This document shows, one piece after another, positions 28,101-41,949 of a stretch of 64,000 bases of DNA. Source of the DNA: Pecten maximus (taxonomy: Eukaryota). The notes beneath the pieces were generated by a model, which saw only the letters and a program-made list of their open reading frames with translations, was not told the origin of the DNA and did not search any database. The position numbers and the translations under genes were made by a program. The DNA lies in NCBI RefSeq assembly GCF_902652985.1, contig NC_047019.1, positions 29,450,001 to 29,514,000 of the forward strand. Direction: 5' to 3'. Position 1 is the stretch's first letter. Each line of letters begins with the position of its first letter.

Positions 28101-30392
28101 CCGAGATTACACTGTTTTGTTATACAAATCATTCCTATGAAGTATAACGTTTTACACATATTGATTGTACAGTCATAAGTGATAACTTAATATTATCATA
28201 AATTTCATTATTCTATACTATACAATCATACAACATCGTCAGTTTATGTAAGTGATGGTCAACTATACATATATATGTCATAACTCTTCAATACTATATA
28301 TGTACACTTATCAACTTCTTAATACTGTCAGCTATATATATTCAACAATGGTACATCTTTATCTTAATTGTTCAGTACTGTATATTTATTAGCCATTAAA
28401 CATTGTTCACTATATATATATGCCTTACCATTGACACACTTGATGCTCTTCACAAAAAACGATCTTATGTTGCTGTAAAACTGTATCTATAATTAATTCT
28501 TTTTCTATGTATTTTATGTACTCACAATATGCAAAAGGATGAATAAAAATTTTACAAAACTGAAAAAATACTATCATAGATCAACAGTTTTATTATTACC
28601 ATCCAAACCCGCTGACGAAGTACCATATCAAATACATTTTTCTGTATGTCTATACCAGGGAGCACGTGAACATACAAACCCCAGCCGTCCCCGGCTTAAA
28701 CACACGACATTTTTACAGAATATTCTAACTTATTCGCTTCAATTTCGATGGAAGCTTTCACGAACGATAAGACTTATGGCATCGTATTTGTCAATTATCA
28801 CCTAGCAAGAATTAATGACGAACAGCTGATAAACTTTACCCTCCGCACCATAGCATAACATGACTCCCCGGGGCCTTCAGAACATTCGATCCCCACCTCC
28901 CTTCACTTCTGTGAAGGATTTCAGGGGCTGGACGAGTTCTGTAAATCGAGATCCACAACAAAGTTTTGGGAATAAATATCAGAAGCGACGCGAACTGAAA
29001 CTCACGGGTGGTATAATACGAATGCTCTATGATAGATACAAGTAACGATAAGTGGAATTGTACCTTAAATAAATATATATATATACGTATCGTGATCTCT
29101 TCTAACAATGGAGAAACATGATCGGTATTTTAACAAGATACAGTTTACTTTAACACCGCTGGGGTAATAATGTACTTATGAACATTTTCTCGGCAAATGT
29201 CAAAAGAATTTCTTTAACATAGTTATACTCTCCGAGTATATTGTCTCTGGCACGAATGTATGTTTTTCGATGTTGTCAATGTTCTGTAAATTTGTATATT
29301 GTGTATGTGTAGGATACTGATGAGTCGAAAGACTCAAAGTTAATGAAGAACTTGAACATTTGTATTATGTTTCAGGTCCTAGATAGATAAAATCATATCA
29401 GAAAAAATACATAATATACTGATCACTGAACCGAGAGATGAACGGTGAACTTATGTTAGATGAAAATTATTAAAGATAGATAATTTTTCACTTTGTCGTT
29501 CTGTTTTACAAATCATGCAAGATAGAATAAATAATTTCAGAAGTCTATTTACATAATTATGTATTATTTGTTTAATCGATGGTTTGATTTTTAAAATGAC
29601 GTTAAGATATAAAATTGTTGATTATTGACGCTGAAAGATACAGGCCATCGAATGGCTCGATGGGTTTGAACTGTTCGTGGTATTTGTTGATAACTTCAAA
29701 TATTTTTTGTTTAGTTTCTTAATGCGAGAAAATCTAGTACATTTGTTAAATAGTTAAAATCTTACAGAGAATCAAAAGTCAGACATTACTGATATATTAA
29801 ATCACACCATTTAAATGATATGTCGAATTATTATTATTATTAGTTTTATTTCTCCTGGTATAGATTTAAGTGAATCATTGATTTGATTTGAACGTATCTT
29901 AATTATTGTTTAGACACAATTGGATTGGGCACAAGTTTTTAACAACTTATAAAAATCATCTCCACAAATATCATTAATATACAAACAAACAAAATAGACC
30001 AACGGAAATGTACATTTCAGTATCTATGTTATAAAATAAGATATGGCCGATGTTGAATGATTTATTAGTTTGAGATTTGTATTGAGTTCAGTTAAACATT
30101 TCACGCACGAGCTAATGCTCCAAGACGGATTTACAGAATTTTCAGGTGATTGTTGATAATTAAGTGCACTTATGATATTGGTTTATTGGTTTTTATTCGG
30201 GCATTTCAAAACATATATAGTTACAAAATTGAATATAAAGAATAGGAAATAGAAACAAGTGTTTCAGAAACTTATGTAAATCTATCACCTTAATAATATA
30301 TGATATATTTCAAGTTGGGCGGATTTTGACATGATTTGTATTTATATATTACACACAATCTTATATATCCTGTACATTTACGTTACTTACAG

Positions 30393-30805
30393 ACAAACCA
30401 CTGATGTGCCACCGGAAGTTACCGCCATCATTTTGGAACAGTTCCTACCGTCCCCCAGCCACCACAAATCCTCTGGGGTCCTCAGGGGGCGGGCCTGGAT
30501 TACTCCCGGGACACGTACTTCAGTCCCTCCTGGTACTCCTTACAGAACAACTGGCCCGTATCGACTGCCCTCCCACGGACACTCGGACCTCGGACAAAGT
30601 CTGTCATACTCGTCCCTAGACACCTCCAGCAAGCTCAGCAATCCCTATCAATCCCTTGTGTTTCCCTCCAGTTATGATTCCAGACCGTCTAAATTTGACT
30701 TTTCAAAAAACATGGATCCCCTCAGCGGATCTAGTGGCTATTACGGACTTTCCAGATTAGGGATGGATTTCCCATCCAAAACCAATATTGAGAGTACTGT
30801 TTCTG
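30393..30805 (+). CDS. vg: vestigial-like coding exon 3 (two apparent 1-bp frameshifts as assembled)
   Basis: TTACAG acceptor, phase 1, continues DKPLMCHRKLPPSFWNSSY (the conserved VGLL 'R.LPPSFWNS.Y' motif). Ends at phase-1 donor CTG|GTAAGT. Needs correction at G5 (30485-30489) and C3 (30555-30557) to be continuous. Confidence 0.88.
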
Positions 30806-31827
30806 GTAAGTATACCGTGTTATAAAACTGGTGCTATAAAGTCATTGTATTCCTCATCTGTGTAAATTCTGTGACTTAATATTCTTAAAAAGAGAGATTT
30901 ATTCGAATTAGGCTGAAATTTAATTTTAGTGTCACGGAGCGTGATGATTCATATACAAAATTAAACCTTAAACAAATGGGGTGAATTTGTTTCACAAATA
31001 GGAAATAAAAATAATTAGTGGTCAAAATATTAGCTTCTTATGCAGTTTGATGGGGGGAAATAATGAAATCACCAAAAAAAGAATATATACATTGAGGAAT
31101 GGAAATTAATTCCTCCCACATAATCGGGGATATTATGCTTTTGACAAAAATATGTTTCCGGGAAAAAAATCGCCGTGGGCCGATTCAGCCCTCCTATGCA
31201 CCACCTCCTTTGTTTAGTTTAAAATCCTGTTTTAGTCCTTTGTTTTGGATTGCGACACCTTGTTGTCGATGTCTACTGAATCAATCTCAATTCTCAATTC
31301 AAGTTTATTCCGAAATCCTTACCGCCCATAGATATACGTGGTTCAATACATTAAACATACAGTCATACATATTTGGAGAGTTTTTCTCATGCCAAGTAGT
31401 AACATAAACATCTTTGTATAACAAACAGCAAACAAAGACATATCAGTACAAGAAAGTTTAGCCTAAGTTAAATTTAAGTTTACAAATTGTTGAATCAATC
31501 AACCAAGTTTGATAAATACATGTCGTGCAACATCATCAATTGCATTTGTATTGTACAGACATACAGACAGACAGATGGATTTTCCAGGGAAGATATTTTG
31601 CATTCAAAATAATATATGAAGTACATATTAATTTTAAAGAATGGATTAAAAGTATTTTCTTTCAGCTAAATCAAACACCATATATTTTCCGAAACTAAAT
31701 CAAAAGGCAAAGTAACATCTTAAGTGTATTCGTTGTGATTTTGTTACATTTTCCATTTTTATCAAACGGATATAATCAACTTCCGCTGTGAATCATAGTA
31801 TTTTACCTTCGCCATTTTATTTTACAG

Positions 31828-31874
31828 GCCTTGAGTACCAACTCCAATCGGCACGACGAGAACTGTGTTGGTGA
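31828..31874 (+). CDS. vg: vestigial-like terminal coding exon 4
   Basis: TTTTACAG acceptor, phase 1, reads GLEYQLQSARRELCW-stop. Similar to the invertebrate Vg C-terminus (GLE..Q....KDLYWF). Confidence 0.85.
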
Positions 31875-32239
31875 CGTCACAGCAACGTCTAAGACAAACT
31901 TCCGGTGTCAAGTGCGCATACAAAATGTGACAATGATCTCACATGGGTCTTTCTTGGTGTTTATAATTATACGATTCATCCGATTGTGACTCCATTTTCT
32001 TCACGCGCAATAGTTGATTATGATCATCATTGTCATCATGGACGAGACTGCGAGGATTTACTGGACACGTGACTCCACGTTCGTGCGATAAATTCATTCG
32101 ACACATAAATGTGGGTACGTACCAGGGTTAACTGGTTACCACATGATTGTGTGACAGGTTACATTTCACTTGCATACAGGAAACGGTACCCAATAGTTTC
32201 GTTATAGACCACGTAAAGGGGAAGACTGTTTGGTCGAGA

Positions 32240-32468
32240 AGTAACTCGGCCGTCCAAGTCAACCGTCCAACTGTTGGTGATAACACTCGACCGTCCAAGT
32301 ATTAGTGATAATTCGTCCATCCAACTGTTGGTGATAATTCGACCGTCCAAGTATTAGGGGATAACTCGACCGTCCAAGTATTGGTGAGAACTCGGCCATC
32401 CAAGTAGTGGTGATAACTGGATCGTCCAAGTAGTGGTGATAACTGGACCGTCCAAGTAGTGGTGATAG
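32240..32468 (+). repeat. 27-bp minisatellite in the putative vestigial 3'UTR, ~8 copies
   Basis: Unit GGTGATAACTCGACCGTCCAAGTA(G/T)T. Confidence 0.85.
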
Positions 32469-32981
32469 TTATGGTGTTGTGCCATGTTATCTGCAGACTG
32501 TACTGGTAAATAGTATACAATCAAATCTCGTATTCCTCGAGATGTGGACACCGAATTCCAACGATCTAAGGATGTACCTGGTATTAATGTTAAGACATTT
32601 CCTGAAAGCATACAGAACGACTAACTTTATAAATTAATTGATATAAACATTCCTCCCCGTATTGACTTCATCCAACTAGATAATCTTCATTTAACAATTA
32701 CATATCACCAGCAACCTGGTGTATCCATATCTCAAACCAAACATGTCAGGTGTAGTGACACACAGTTAAAACAATCCAACATATAGGTCTTGTACAAATG
32801 TATATAGGTTTGTGTGTTTTCCAATATCCACTTGGCCGGCATTGGTCAGTGTCTAAAGTGATGAAATCCTAACCAAGTAGGGATCAAACTGTAATAGGAT
32901 CAAACCCAGTAAGTTAGGATCTACAAAACGTTAGTTTTCGTTAAAAGTTGAACAACTGTATCAAGGACATATGTGTCGTTT

Positions 32982-33073
32982 CTGTTTTAAAAGATTATTT
33001 CATTTTATCCAAGATGTTCTTTCATCGTTTGTGTTTTAAAAGATTATTTCATTTTATCCAAGATGTTTTTTCA
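32982..33073 (+). repeat. Tandem duplication
   Basis: TGTTTTAAAAGATTATTTCATTTTATCCAAGATGTT x2. Confidence 0.85.
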
Positions 33074-33831
33074 TACCTGTATTGAAACACATAAAACAAT
33101 ATATGCTAAATATAATGGACACCGTGAAGTAAAAGCTTGGTTTCTATGACGTTGGTGACGTCACAAATGGCAGACATGGCTCCCGCCCAGAACAGTGTCA
33201 AGTTCGGACAGAGAGATCCAACAAACGTTACGTCTTTGACGCTTCTATCTCAAAGAGACCTTTAAAATTCCTGGAATGAAGCAGGGACTTTTATACTGAT
33301 CACTGAAAGTCTTTGATTCATTCTGCTTCCATCAGTAGGGCGGCAGATAAAACAAGCTAGATCGGTTTTCATAGATTTGAATTGCAGGTCTAAGCATTCC
33401 TATACGTATAACTTTATAGGAATCGGAACTTTGTCTCCAAACAGTATTTGCATACGTAAATACGCTAACTAAAGTCATTGATGTTTATTTTACCACATAA
33501 GTTAAATTTTAACTCTGAAGTAAACAATCGATTTAGTGTGACGAACGTTGTAAACCTTATCATTTGTTACAAGTGGATCTGCGTTGTTAGATTGGTCAGG
33601 TAGTCGGTCCAATGGTTGCTATATGTCCCGTTACTACTGTCGACCAGTCCTGTGGGGTGTCTGGTAAACTTTACCTAGTATATATAACTATTATTGCTTA
33701 TTTTCAACATGACAGATGTATATTTTTTCCCATGGAAATTGATGTGTATTTCTCTATGAACATTGTTATAAATATGGCTGTATATTTCACTGTGAGAATC
33801 AAAGGGTGTGTGCTGTGTGAAAAGAACGAAG

Positions 33832-33837
33832 AATAAA
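33832..33837 (+). terminator. Candidate polyadenylation signal of vestigial (implies ~2 kb 3'UTR)
   Basis: AATAAA followed ~20 nt later by U/GU-rich ATGTTTTGTTGTTTATTT. Confidence 0.4.
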
Positions 33838-36800
33838 CGAAAGAAAACTTTAAAACAAATGTTTTGTTGTTTATTTGAAATATATTTCGTGACATACGTA
33901 AGCTCTCTGTTTAGTTAATATATCTGCTATTGTTTTGCTATAGAAATGTTGCCTAGTGTTCTCCAGTTCCCGAGGAAGCTCTGGTTTGTCTTTGTATTTA
34001 AGATTTGGTATATTGTGTATTTATTTTGTATATTGTTAATTTGTGTTTTGGCACTATTCTCTCTTGTATCATTGGGCTAACATATGATCACACTATTCCT
34101 CATAATTAATATCCAATGATCCCAAAGAGGCCTCTAAATACGACATCTTCCTCAATCTTACACCAGGTTTCTTTTTTCTTAGTTTCTCCTTAGTTTTATA
34201 TATCCCATCCGAAATTGATACTGTGCATTCATCCCCGATCAATTTGTTTTAAAATATTTAAGACAATCTACTAAATTCCGATAAAGCAATGAGCTTGAAA
34301 CGAATAGATCTAAATATATATTTATATAATCTTTGGTGTCTGTATAACAGTCGGCACCGTTAGCGGACCATGACATTTAAATACCTACCGAATCACTGAT
34401 ATTAATTACTCAATCTTCTCCGGTCAGGGAATAGAATGTCCGGCATCTAGTATATACTGGAAATCAGGATGATTAGAACAGAGAGAAGAGCAGTTACCCC
34501 TACACACAATTAAGATTTCACATTCATTACCAAAATTTGTCGTTTTCAAGATAAATAAGTGATAAATTGGATAAGAGATCGTTCCACGGGGATTGGGGGA
34601 AGTGTGCCGTCACTAATACACTCCGCGCTGACAGGAGTTATAATGAGACAATCTGAGCTGTCGTTAGGGCGCATTAATTTGTCACGGACTACTTTCCACA
34701 CCTGTCGCCCAACTAAAATACTATCTTATCGTCACCGTACGGACTGGGCGTGTTTCTATTCTGGACCAGTGTCACTCATCTAGTTATTGACTGCCATGCG
34801 ATAATGTGTTTTCCAAGATTTTGAAAATTCCGAACCTTCGTTCATACATTTATTGCTACAAGGGAAACACGAACATGTCAACACCAAACTGGACAGCAGT
34901 CTCTGTTTGCCTCATAATTCAATATCTAACTGAATTTTCCATAAATCTGTATTATCTAGAACGCTTATTATAACCCCCTTTTTATCTTATTTACGAAATT
35001 GATAGCAATAAATGTTGATAGTTTTAAGTAAATGCAGTGTAAAACACGGAATGTGTATTTAACGACGGAAAGACTCGCACAACAGAAATATACATTTCCC
35101 CAATTACATTCAATTTTCATAAACCAAGAAAATATTATCAATATGATTTGATCATTCAATGAAGTTTCGGTTCTGGTGTATAGGGGAAATTGATATTCTT
35201 GCTAACCTTACAGATGCGCGTTACCTTGTATCGCGGTACCTGTATCTCATTAAGGTAGATAACGAGATAGTCCTGGACCGATGGACTTTGATCAGTAGCA
35301 GGTTTCCACCAACGAGCAATACTATTTACATTTTAGAACAAGAGCTGTTATATCTTTTTATCATCAAAACATATGTTTGCCAATTAGCTGAGTAAATTAA
35401 ATATAGACTATGTTAGTTTAATTTACCTCAGTTAATGTAACCGTATGTTATGATATATCAGTTTATTAAATATAGCAACTTATAATAAAATACCCGTAGT
35501 GAAGGGAACATTTTCTCTGATGTTTCCAGAAGGCATTATTTTCCAATTTCAATCAACATATTGTTCACAAACTATATGCCAGCAATGTTTCCAAAATATC
35601 TTTTTCTTGGGAACATTGATGTTAATACTAGAAATAGTTAATTGTCTTAGAAATCCATAGACACATCAATTGTATTTGCAGAAACTTCAAGATATACATA
35701 AAATATCCACATTTTCTGGGGAAAATGACGTTTGCTGAAGAAAATTCAGAAATTCTTCAGATTGTTATTTTTTCTTGATGCTTATCGGATAATTCAAGGT
35801 ATATCATATCTGTCAGAATAGATATTAGTTTTCCTTGGAATATTTATCTTGGCTGAAAAATTGGAAAGATTTTCCTGTATAAAATTCAAGGTAATTCTTC
35901 GAATGAATATTCGTTTCTTTGGAATATTGATGATTGTTGGGGGAAAATTAAGATTTCTATCAAAATGCATTGTATAAATCCCCCCCCGCCCCCCCTAGGT
36001 TTACATGATACTTGTTCGAGAAATTTTTCAGAATAAATGCTCCATTTTCCTAGGAAAACAGACGATTGCAGCTAAAAATCAGAGGTATGTTCACAATATT
36101 ATTGTTTTCCCTGATGTTTTAGAAATTTGAATGCTAGAGAAAATTCAAGGTGTTCCTCAGAATATTATATGGTTTTGCCGGGGAATATTGATGTATAGAA
36201 CATTATCAGTATGTCGAGTATATTGAGATTTTATACAACCACTGTGGATGTAGTAATGAGTATCCTATAAAATACAATCACATGTCAATGATTACCTTAT
36301 TGATGTTAAAATAATGTTATATCTCAACAAGTTCTTGGGTCATTTTGTTCGGTGATTTATTATCGACTTTAGTCGTGGGACGTCAAATTTAAGGAGTTAG
36401 GTGATGCTGTGGAAGGGGGCTGCCATTTCTGACACCGTTACGGGTTAATCCAACCCCGATAAGTAAATATTCCCTAAACACCGATCTGATTAGACTGGCC
36501 CACCAATAACACCGTTAACAGTAGCACGCGTCAGACCGACATGTAATGGTAGTAGGTGAAGGGATATGTGAAATACGACCATATTCCCAGAGGTAATTAA
36601 AACTCGTTAATGAAAGCAAACCGTCTACTGGTCAGAATGGTGTTGTCACTCATTGTGTTAACAAAATTAATGTCAAAAATTCTTCAGTGGGATACGGAAA
36701 CTCTACAGAGTAACATTATTTCACTTAATGCATCAATATAAATATTTTTGGTAATTTATACTTTCCCATGAGATAAGATGGTTTTATTTGCGGCAAACCA

Positions 36801-38029
36801 ACATAGAATGATTAACTTATATGTATTTATTTCCTCGTTAAGTTTAGGTGAAACTGTTTGGAACTCCCTTAAGAGGTAACACCTATTATATAAAATGTTC
36901 ATCGTCGTATCTGATTCAAATGTATCTAAACAATCTATAACAAAACGCTATTTCTACTGAGAAAACATTATTTCGACTTTATGGTAAAACTCTATGTGGA
37001 AATATAAAATGTACTGAGAGAGGGGAATCATGTGTTAATCATGTTATGGCATTAATGTTATTTATCGTGTTGTTCTGTTGTTATTATTATACTAATGTGG
37101 GCGTGTAGAATACTTTACTTTAACATAGCAATGTTAACAAGTTTGAATTCCACAAACTAAGGCCATCTGTTATCATACTTTAAGTAATAAAGTCACAAAA
37201 AAAACAAAGGTGGGGTTAGTTTTTAATTAGATCAGAATAGAAAGTGGACGTTTAATGTGTGGACCTGCCATGTTAAATTTTCTGTTGCTCGTCCAAGCCG
37301 GTGGTGCTCGCTACTTTCTCACCAATACATTCGGATTTCTATATACTACACGTACTCTATGCCACTAGTATTACATAGCCTTTCAACGCGCCTCACATTC
37401 TCCCACACGTAAGTAATATACGGGCACTACCCCTCCGCTCAGACTATGATTTATCTTCCCGTAATCCCCGGGGGTATCCCCGACCCCCTGCGGAAATGTC
37501 GTTCCCGCGAGATTCCTCTTGGAAGCTTGTCATTCGTGGGTAAGTGGGAATAAATAAGTGACAGATTATACGGACTTAGCAAAGTCGTTACATTTGGACT
37601 TTCAATACAGCGAAAAGGAACCATCGACAATGTAATGAGTATTCGTCTAATGTTCGCACCGGCCATGAAAAGCTCAAAGAGCCCGAAAGTCATAACATAA
37701 TTACATAGTAAATTACTGAAATCATATCTGAAGAAAGACTTTAAAAATGTGCGATTTTCTGGTTTGCTTGCTTCTAATGCAGAAGTATTAATGAGGTAAC
37801 TTGTAGGGCAGTAAATCGCGGTTTATTGCCCGTTGCGTTCCAACACTCTGGCAATCCTTCGCTACTACTGTATACTAAGAGCACTAGGAGTACACATCAC
37901 CCCGTCACAATCCTTGGTTTGTTGGCAGTCACCAAGTTTGTACTGCACAACTGTTCTATATAAAAAGAAGTTGTTTGTTCATACATACTCCACACGGTAA
38001 AACACACAAAGAAACAATACCAGAATGCC

Positions 38030-38430
38030 ACACAAGGAAACAATGTACACAATACCAACAAACAAGGAAACAATGCACACAATACCAACAAACAAGGAAA
38101 CAATGTACACAATACCAACAAACAAGGAAACAATGTACACAATACCAACAAACAAGGAAACAATGTACACAATACCAACAAACAAGGAAACAATGTACAC
38201 AATACCAACAAACAATGTACACAACAATACATAAATATCACAACCTCAAAATTAGAGGAAACAAGGTACACAACAATACATAGATATCCCAACCTCAAAA
38301 TTAGAGGAAACAAAACCTCAAAACTAGAGGAAACAATGTACATAACAAACATAAATATCACAACCTCAAAATTAGAGGAAACGATGTACACAATACATAA
38401 ATATCACAACCTCAAAACTAGAGGAAACGA
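38030..38430 (+). repeat. Compound minisatellite: 30-bp x6, then ~50-bp x4
   Basis: ACAAGGAAACAATGTACACAATACCAACAA, then ..ATACATAAATATCACAACCTCAAAATTAGAGGAAAC. Confidence 0.92.
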
Positions 38431-40604
38431 CATCACACTATCAACATACAACAAAGAATAGCAGATACGTTTCAAAACTGACAGGAATCTTTATGAAATA
38501 TTTTTCTTTAAAAAAAATTATCCAGTGCCTTTCGCCATATTAATAAATAATTTCCCTTCAGTCTGTTTAGAAATGACACGCATACATTTTATAAGAATCG
38601 TACATAGGTAGTTCAATAACAGTAACGGTTTGAGGAAATGATTACAAGATCCATACCCAGCATTTCGCTTTAAATACGATTTTTATATACTTAAATGTAT
38701 TCATATGTCTCTGCTACATCTACAGTACTTGTTAGAAAGATAAGGTATTTATCATTACAATGCTTTTAAATCCTTTTAACAGTTTCTTCTCACATTTTCT
38801 CAGAACTGACGATCAAACGGGATCAATGTTCGAGATTACATCTTATATAACTGTTTGTTCTGCTTTGATGCCACTTTTGTAGTATGTATGCATGGTTTTG
38901 TTGTCTTTAGTGACATTTATCCTGGATTATTGATAATTCTAGTGGCATTTATCCATAAATTTCCTGTCTGAAATCTGAAGTTAAAACATAATTTATGAAT
39001 AGAATAATGCCTTGTGAGTTTATATTTCAGCACATACAACTCTCATTTAAATTTAAACCTGGATCGCACCCAAATGAATAAATAAAACCATTATTAGTGT
39101 CAGGAAAGAAGCCCATGATTCGGACGGGAATATTTATGTTCAGGGGTCTATCTCTCTAGTCAGTAAGCGACACCCTGCAAATTATTGAAAATTTTCCAGT
39201 TAATCTTCCTTCCCTAATACCAATTTGAAAACAAAACTGCGATATTTAATAGACTATGAGTTGAATTATTGAATATCACTTTCCGTTTCCTTCGAGTGAT
39301 ACTGAACCTTAATACTGGACCTGAGTAAGCGAATACACCCATCACGTGCGCACAACTCTCCCAAGGTTCCAGCATACATGCCTTTACAAATATCCTTTAC
39401 AACTTGCTCATAGGGATAATTCAATTTGCACAATTTTCATAATCTTAAAGAAAAAATCTTGTTTTAACACGGCTCAATTGTATTTGAAATCCAGATTAAA
39501 TTTGATGATGTTTTTGACTTCATATAAAGGAGCTCTAAACTCGCTAATATAAGTCCTCTCCGCCGTTATTTATGATAATTTAATTGGTTCCCGAGATAAG
39601 CCTAATTGAATAAGTGCATTCGTATCTTTTGTCAAGTGGATACATCTCGCAAACGGTGAAAGGTCAATTTCTACACACGGAACACTTAAAGGGGTTATCA
39701 TTTGTTATGTAACACCGCTAACCCCCAAAGAAGACGTTGGTAAGTATATCCATATCAGTTTTCACGCTCACGAGCACAAGTCGATAAGAAAATGTATATT
39801 TATTTACATGTAGCGAGGCTATATCTTTATCATTTAAGACACGATTCTAACAGCTCTGTGTGTTATCACGCCGCTCCTACAGGAACATATAGCTACAGAT
39901 CTGTAATATAAAACCGTTTATCTTATCACATTGGTATCCAGCATAAACCTCACAATATGACCCGTGAAAAGGTAACAATTAACGAAAATAATTCATTATT
40001 TTATCTGACGAACGAATCTAGTCATAAATGATCACCTACTAGGTAAAGAGTTTCCTTTAACATAACGAAATCGGTCAGACGCGACATTGGGCAAGTCACT
40101 TCGGTATCCAACATTCGGTAATATAAAAGTCACAGAATTCACTGATGGAAAATAGTAATAATGTAACCACGTGTTTAGCTATTCCACCCTTTGCCAAACA
40201 AAAGCATTCCTATTACCAGATCAATAATGAGAAATAAGTAATTACTCTGAAGTATGTATGGTCACTTAGGGACCTATGTTTTACCATGCTTACATTAATG
40301 TTATGGTTGGTTAATCAAACTCTTTATTATTCATTATTCTCTAGGGTAGAATAAAACTACGAAAAGTAGATACATCGAAAATAAATTAATACAGAAAAAT
40401 ATGGTCCACTTTTTGTGATTTCTGCGAAAAAATATCCTGTTCTATTTACATTTTCGTACTACCGCAAAAAAATAAAAATAAAAAAATAATCAAAAACACC
40501 AAACAAAAACAAAAATCTTTGTTACCTGATAATGAACAATGTAGAAGCGCTTGTATTACATATTTACTTCTTCACATTTTAATACTTTGTCCTTATCAAC
40601 ATTA

Positions 40605-40840
40605 CATATCTAATTACTCAGTATAATAAGGGTACATTGTATGATAGTTTATATCATATTATCTTATATCATTATTTCATGTCTAATTACTCAGTATATA
40701 ATTGATACATTGTTTAATATTTTATATCATATTATCTTATATCATTATTTCATGTCTAATTACTCAGTATATAATTGATACATAGTTTAATATTTTATAT
40801 CGTATTATCTTAGTTATCATTATTTTATATCATTATTTTG
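40605..40840 (+). repeat. ~74-bp AT-rich triplication
   Basis: TCTAATTACTCAGTAT...ATATCATATTATCTTATATCATTATTT x3. Confidence 0.85.
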
Positions 40841-41224
40841 TATAACATTATTGGCATTTAATTAATATTAACAACTTTTCAAGTTTCATTGCTTAATAAT
40901 GAAAAATGCTCAATATTTGAATTTTTATGTCTACTTACTTTGAAAAGTGTGAATATTACATATATAAATCTAATAATATTAATATTTTATGTTCTTGTTT
41001 TAATAAATTAATAATTTAACCAAACAGTCGGAGGTTAAATATATCAACAATTCATTTAAAGAAGAAAACGATAATCTTTTTATAATCTTACGGACCGCTG
41101 AATGCAGGCAAGGCCATTTATTGATTGATTGGTTGATTGATGGGGCTGAACGTCCATGTTCCCGGTCATCGTGTCACATCTAATAAAGTATCCAACAACG
41201 AATAATAAGTCATATCAAGAGATT

Positions 41225-41545
41225 TACGTAACAGTAGAAGATAATAGGTCAGATTTATGTACACAATAATGAACACTAAAACAATAGGTAGGTCAGATAT
41301 AGGTAATATTTATGGTCTCGTGTGATCCGAGGACTTTATCCGAGGACAATTTACAAAAGGTCAGATCTATGGGCGCGCGTGACTTAAGAACACTTTTAGG
41401 TCATATCTATAGTCTCGTGTGACCTAAGGAAGCATTCTTCTATAGGTCAGATCAAACATAGGAACACTTACGCAATAAATGTAGGTCATAAAGATGTGTG
41501 ATGTGACCTAATTACGCTGATACAAAGATCACCTATGGTCTTGTT
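41225..41545 (+). repeat. Degenerate TAGGTCAGAT...GTGTGACCTA repeats
   Basis: TAGGTCA occurs several times, often followed by GTGTGA(C/T)C. Confidence 0.55.
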
Positions 41546-41590
41546 TGGTATATATTTACATTTACACTGCAGCCCCACTATATAACTCTA

Positions 41591-41858
41591 CCAAGCTCAC
41601 TTGGATGTTATGAGTCCATAACTTCCAAATCTTTATTATGACGTCATTATTATAGTGACGTCATAATTGTCACGTCGGCGATAACGAAAGATGGCTGTTG
41701 AAAAGGCTGTTCCGTCTTTGACGATAATAATTTGTTCATTCATCGTCGGAGCAAAATTCATGGATATAGTCTTTATAAATCGTTGTCAAATGTAAATATA
41801 AGCATTGAACTGCTTTCATTTGGAAGTTATGGGCTGATGAATGCCAACTGGACATAGG
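41591..41858. mobile_element. MITE-like element (~270 bp) with imperfect terminal inverted repeats
   Basis: TTGGATGTTATGAGTCCATAACTTCCAAAT (41601-41630) versus ATTTGGAAGTTATGGGCTGATGAATGCCAA (41818-41847): perfect 15-bp inverted core CCATAACTTCCAAAT. No ORF. Confidence 0.65.
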
Positions 41859-41949
41859 CAAATTCAACATGAAGCGCTAGACAACAGATCAGATGTTGAC
41901 AACTGATTAAAATAACAAACAAGCAGACTTCTCATATCCACAATGCTAT

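Noticed and set aside
30331-30825. Vestigial as a pseudogene, or the 164-aa ORF as a separate gene
   Set aside because: All exons, splice sites and conserved motifs are intact. The ORF is the 3' part of exon 3, reached after two homopolymer indels best explained as consensus errors.
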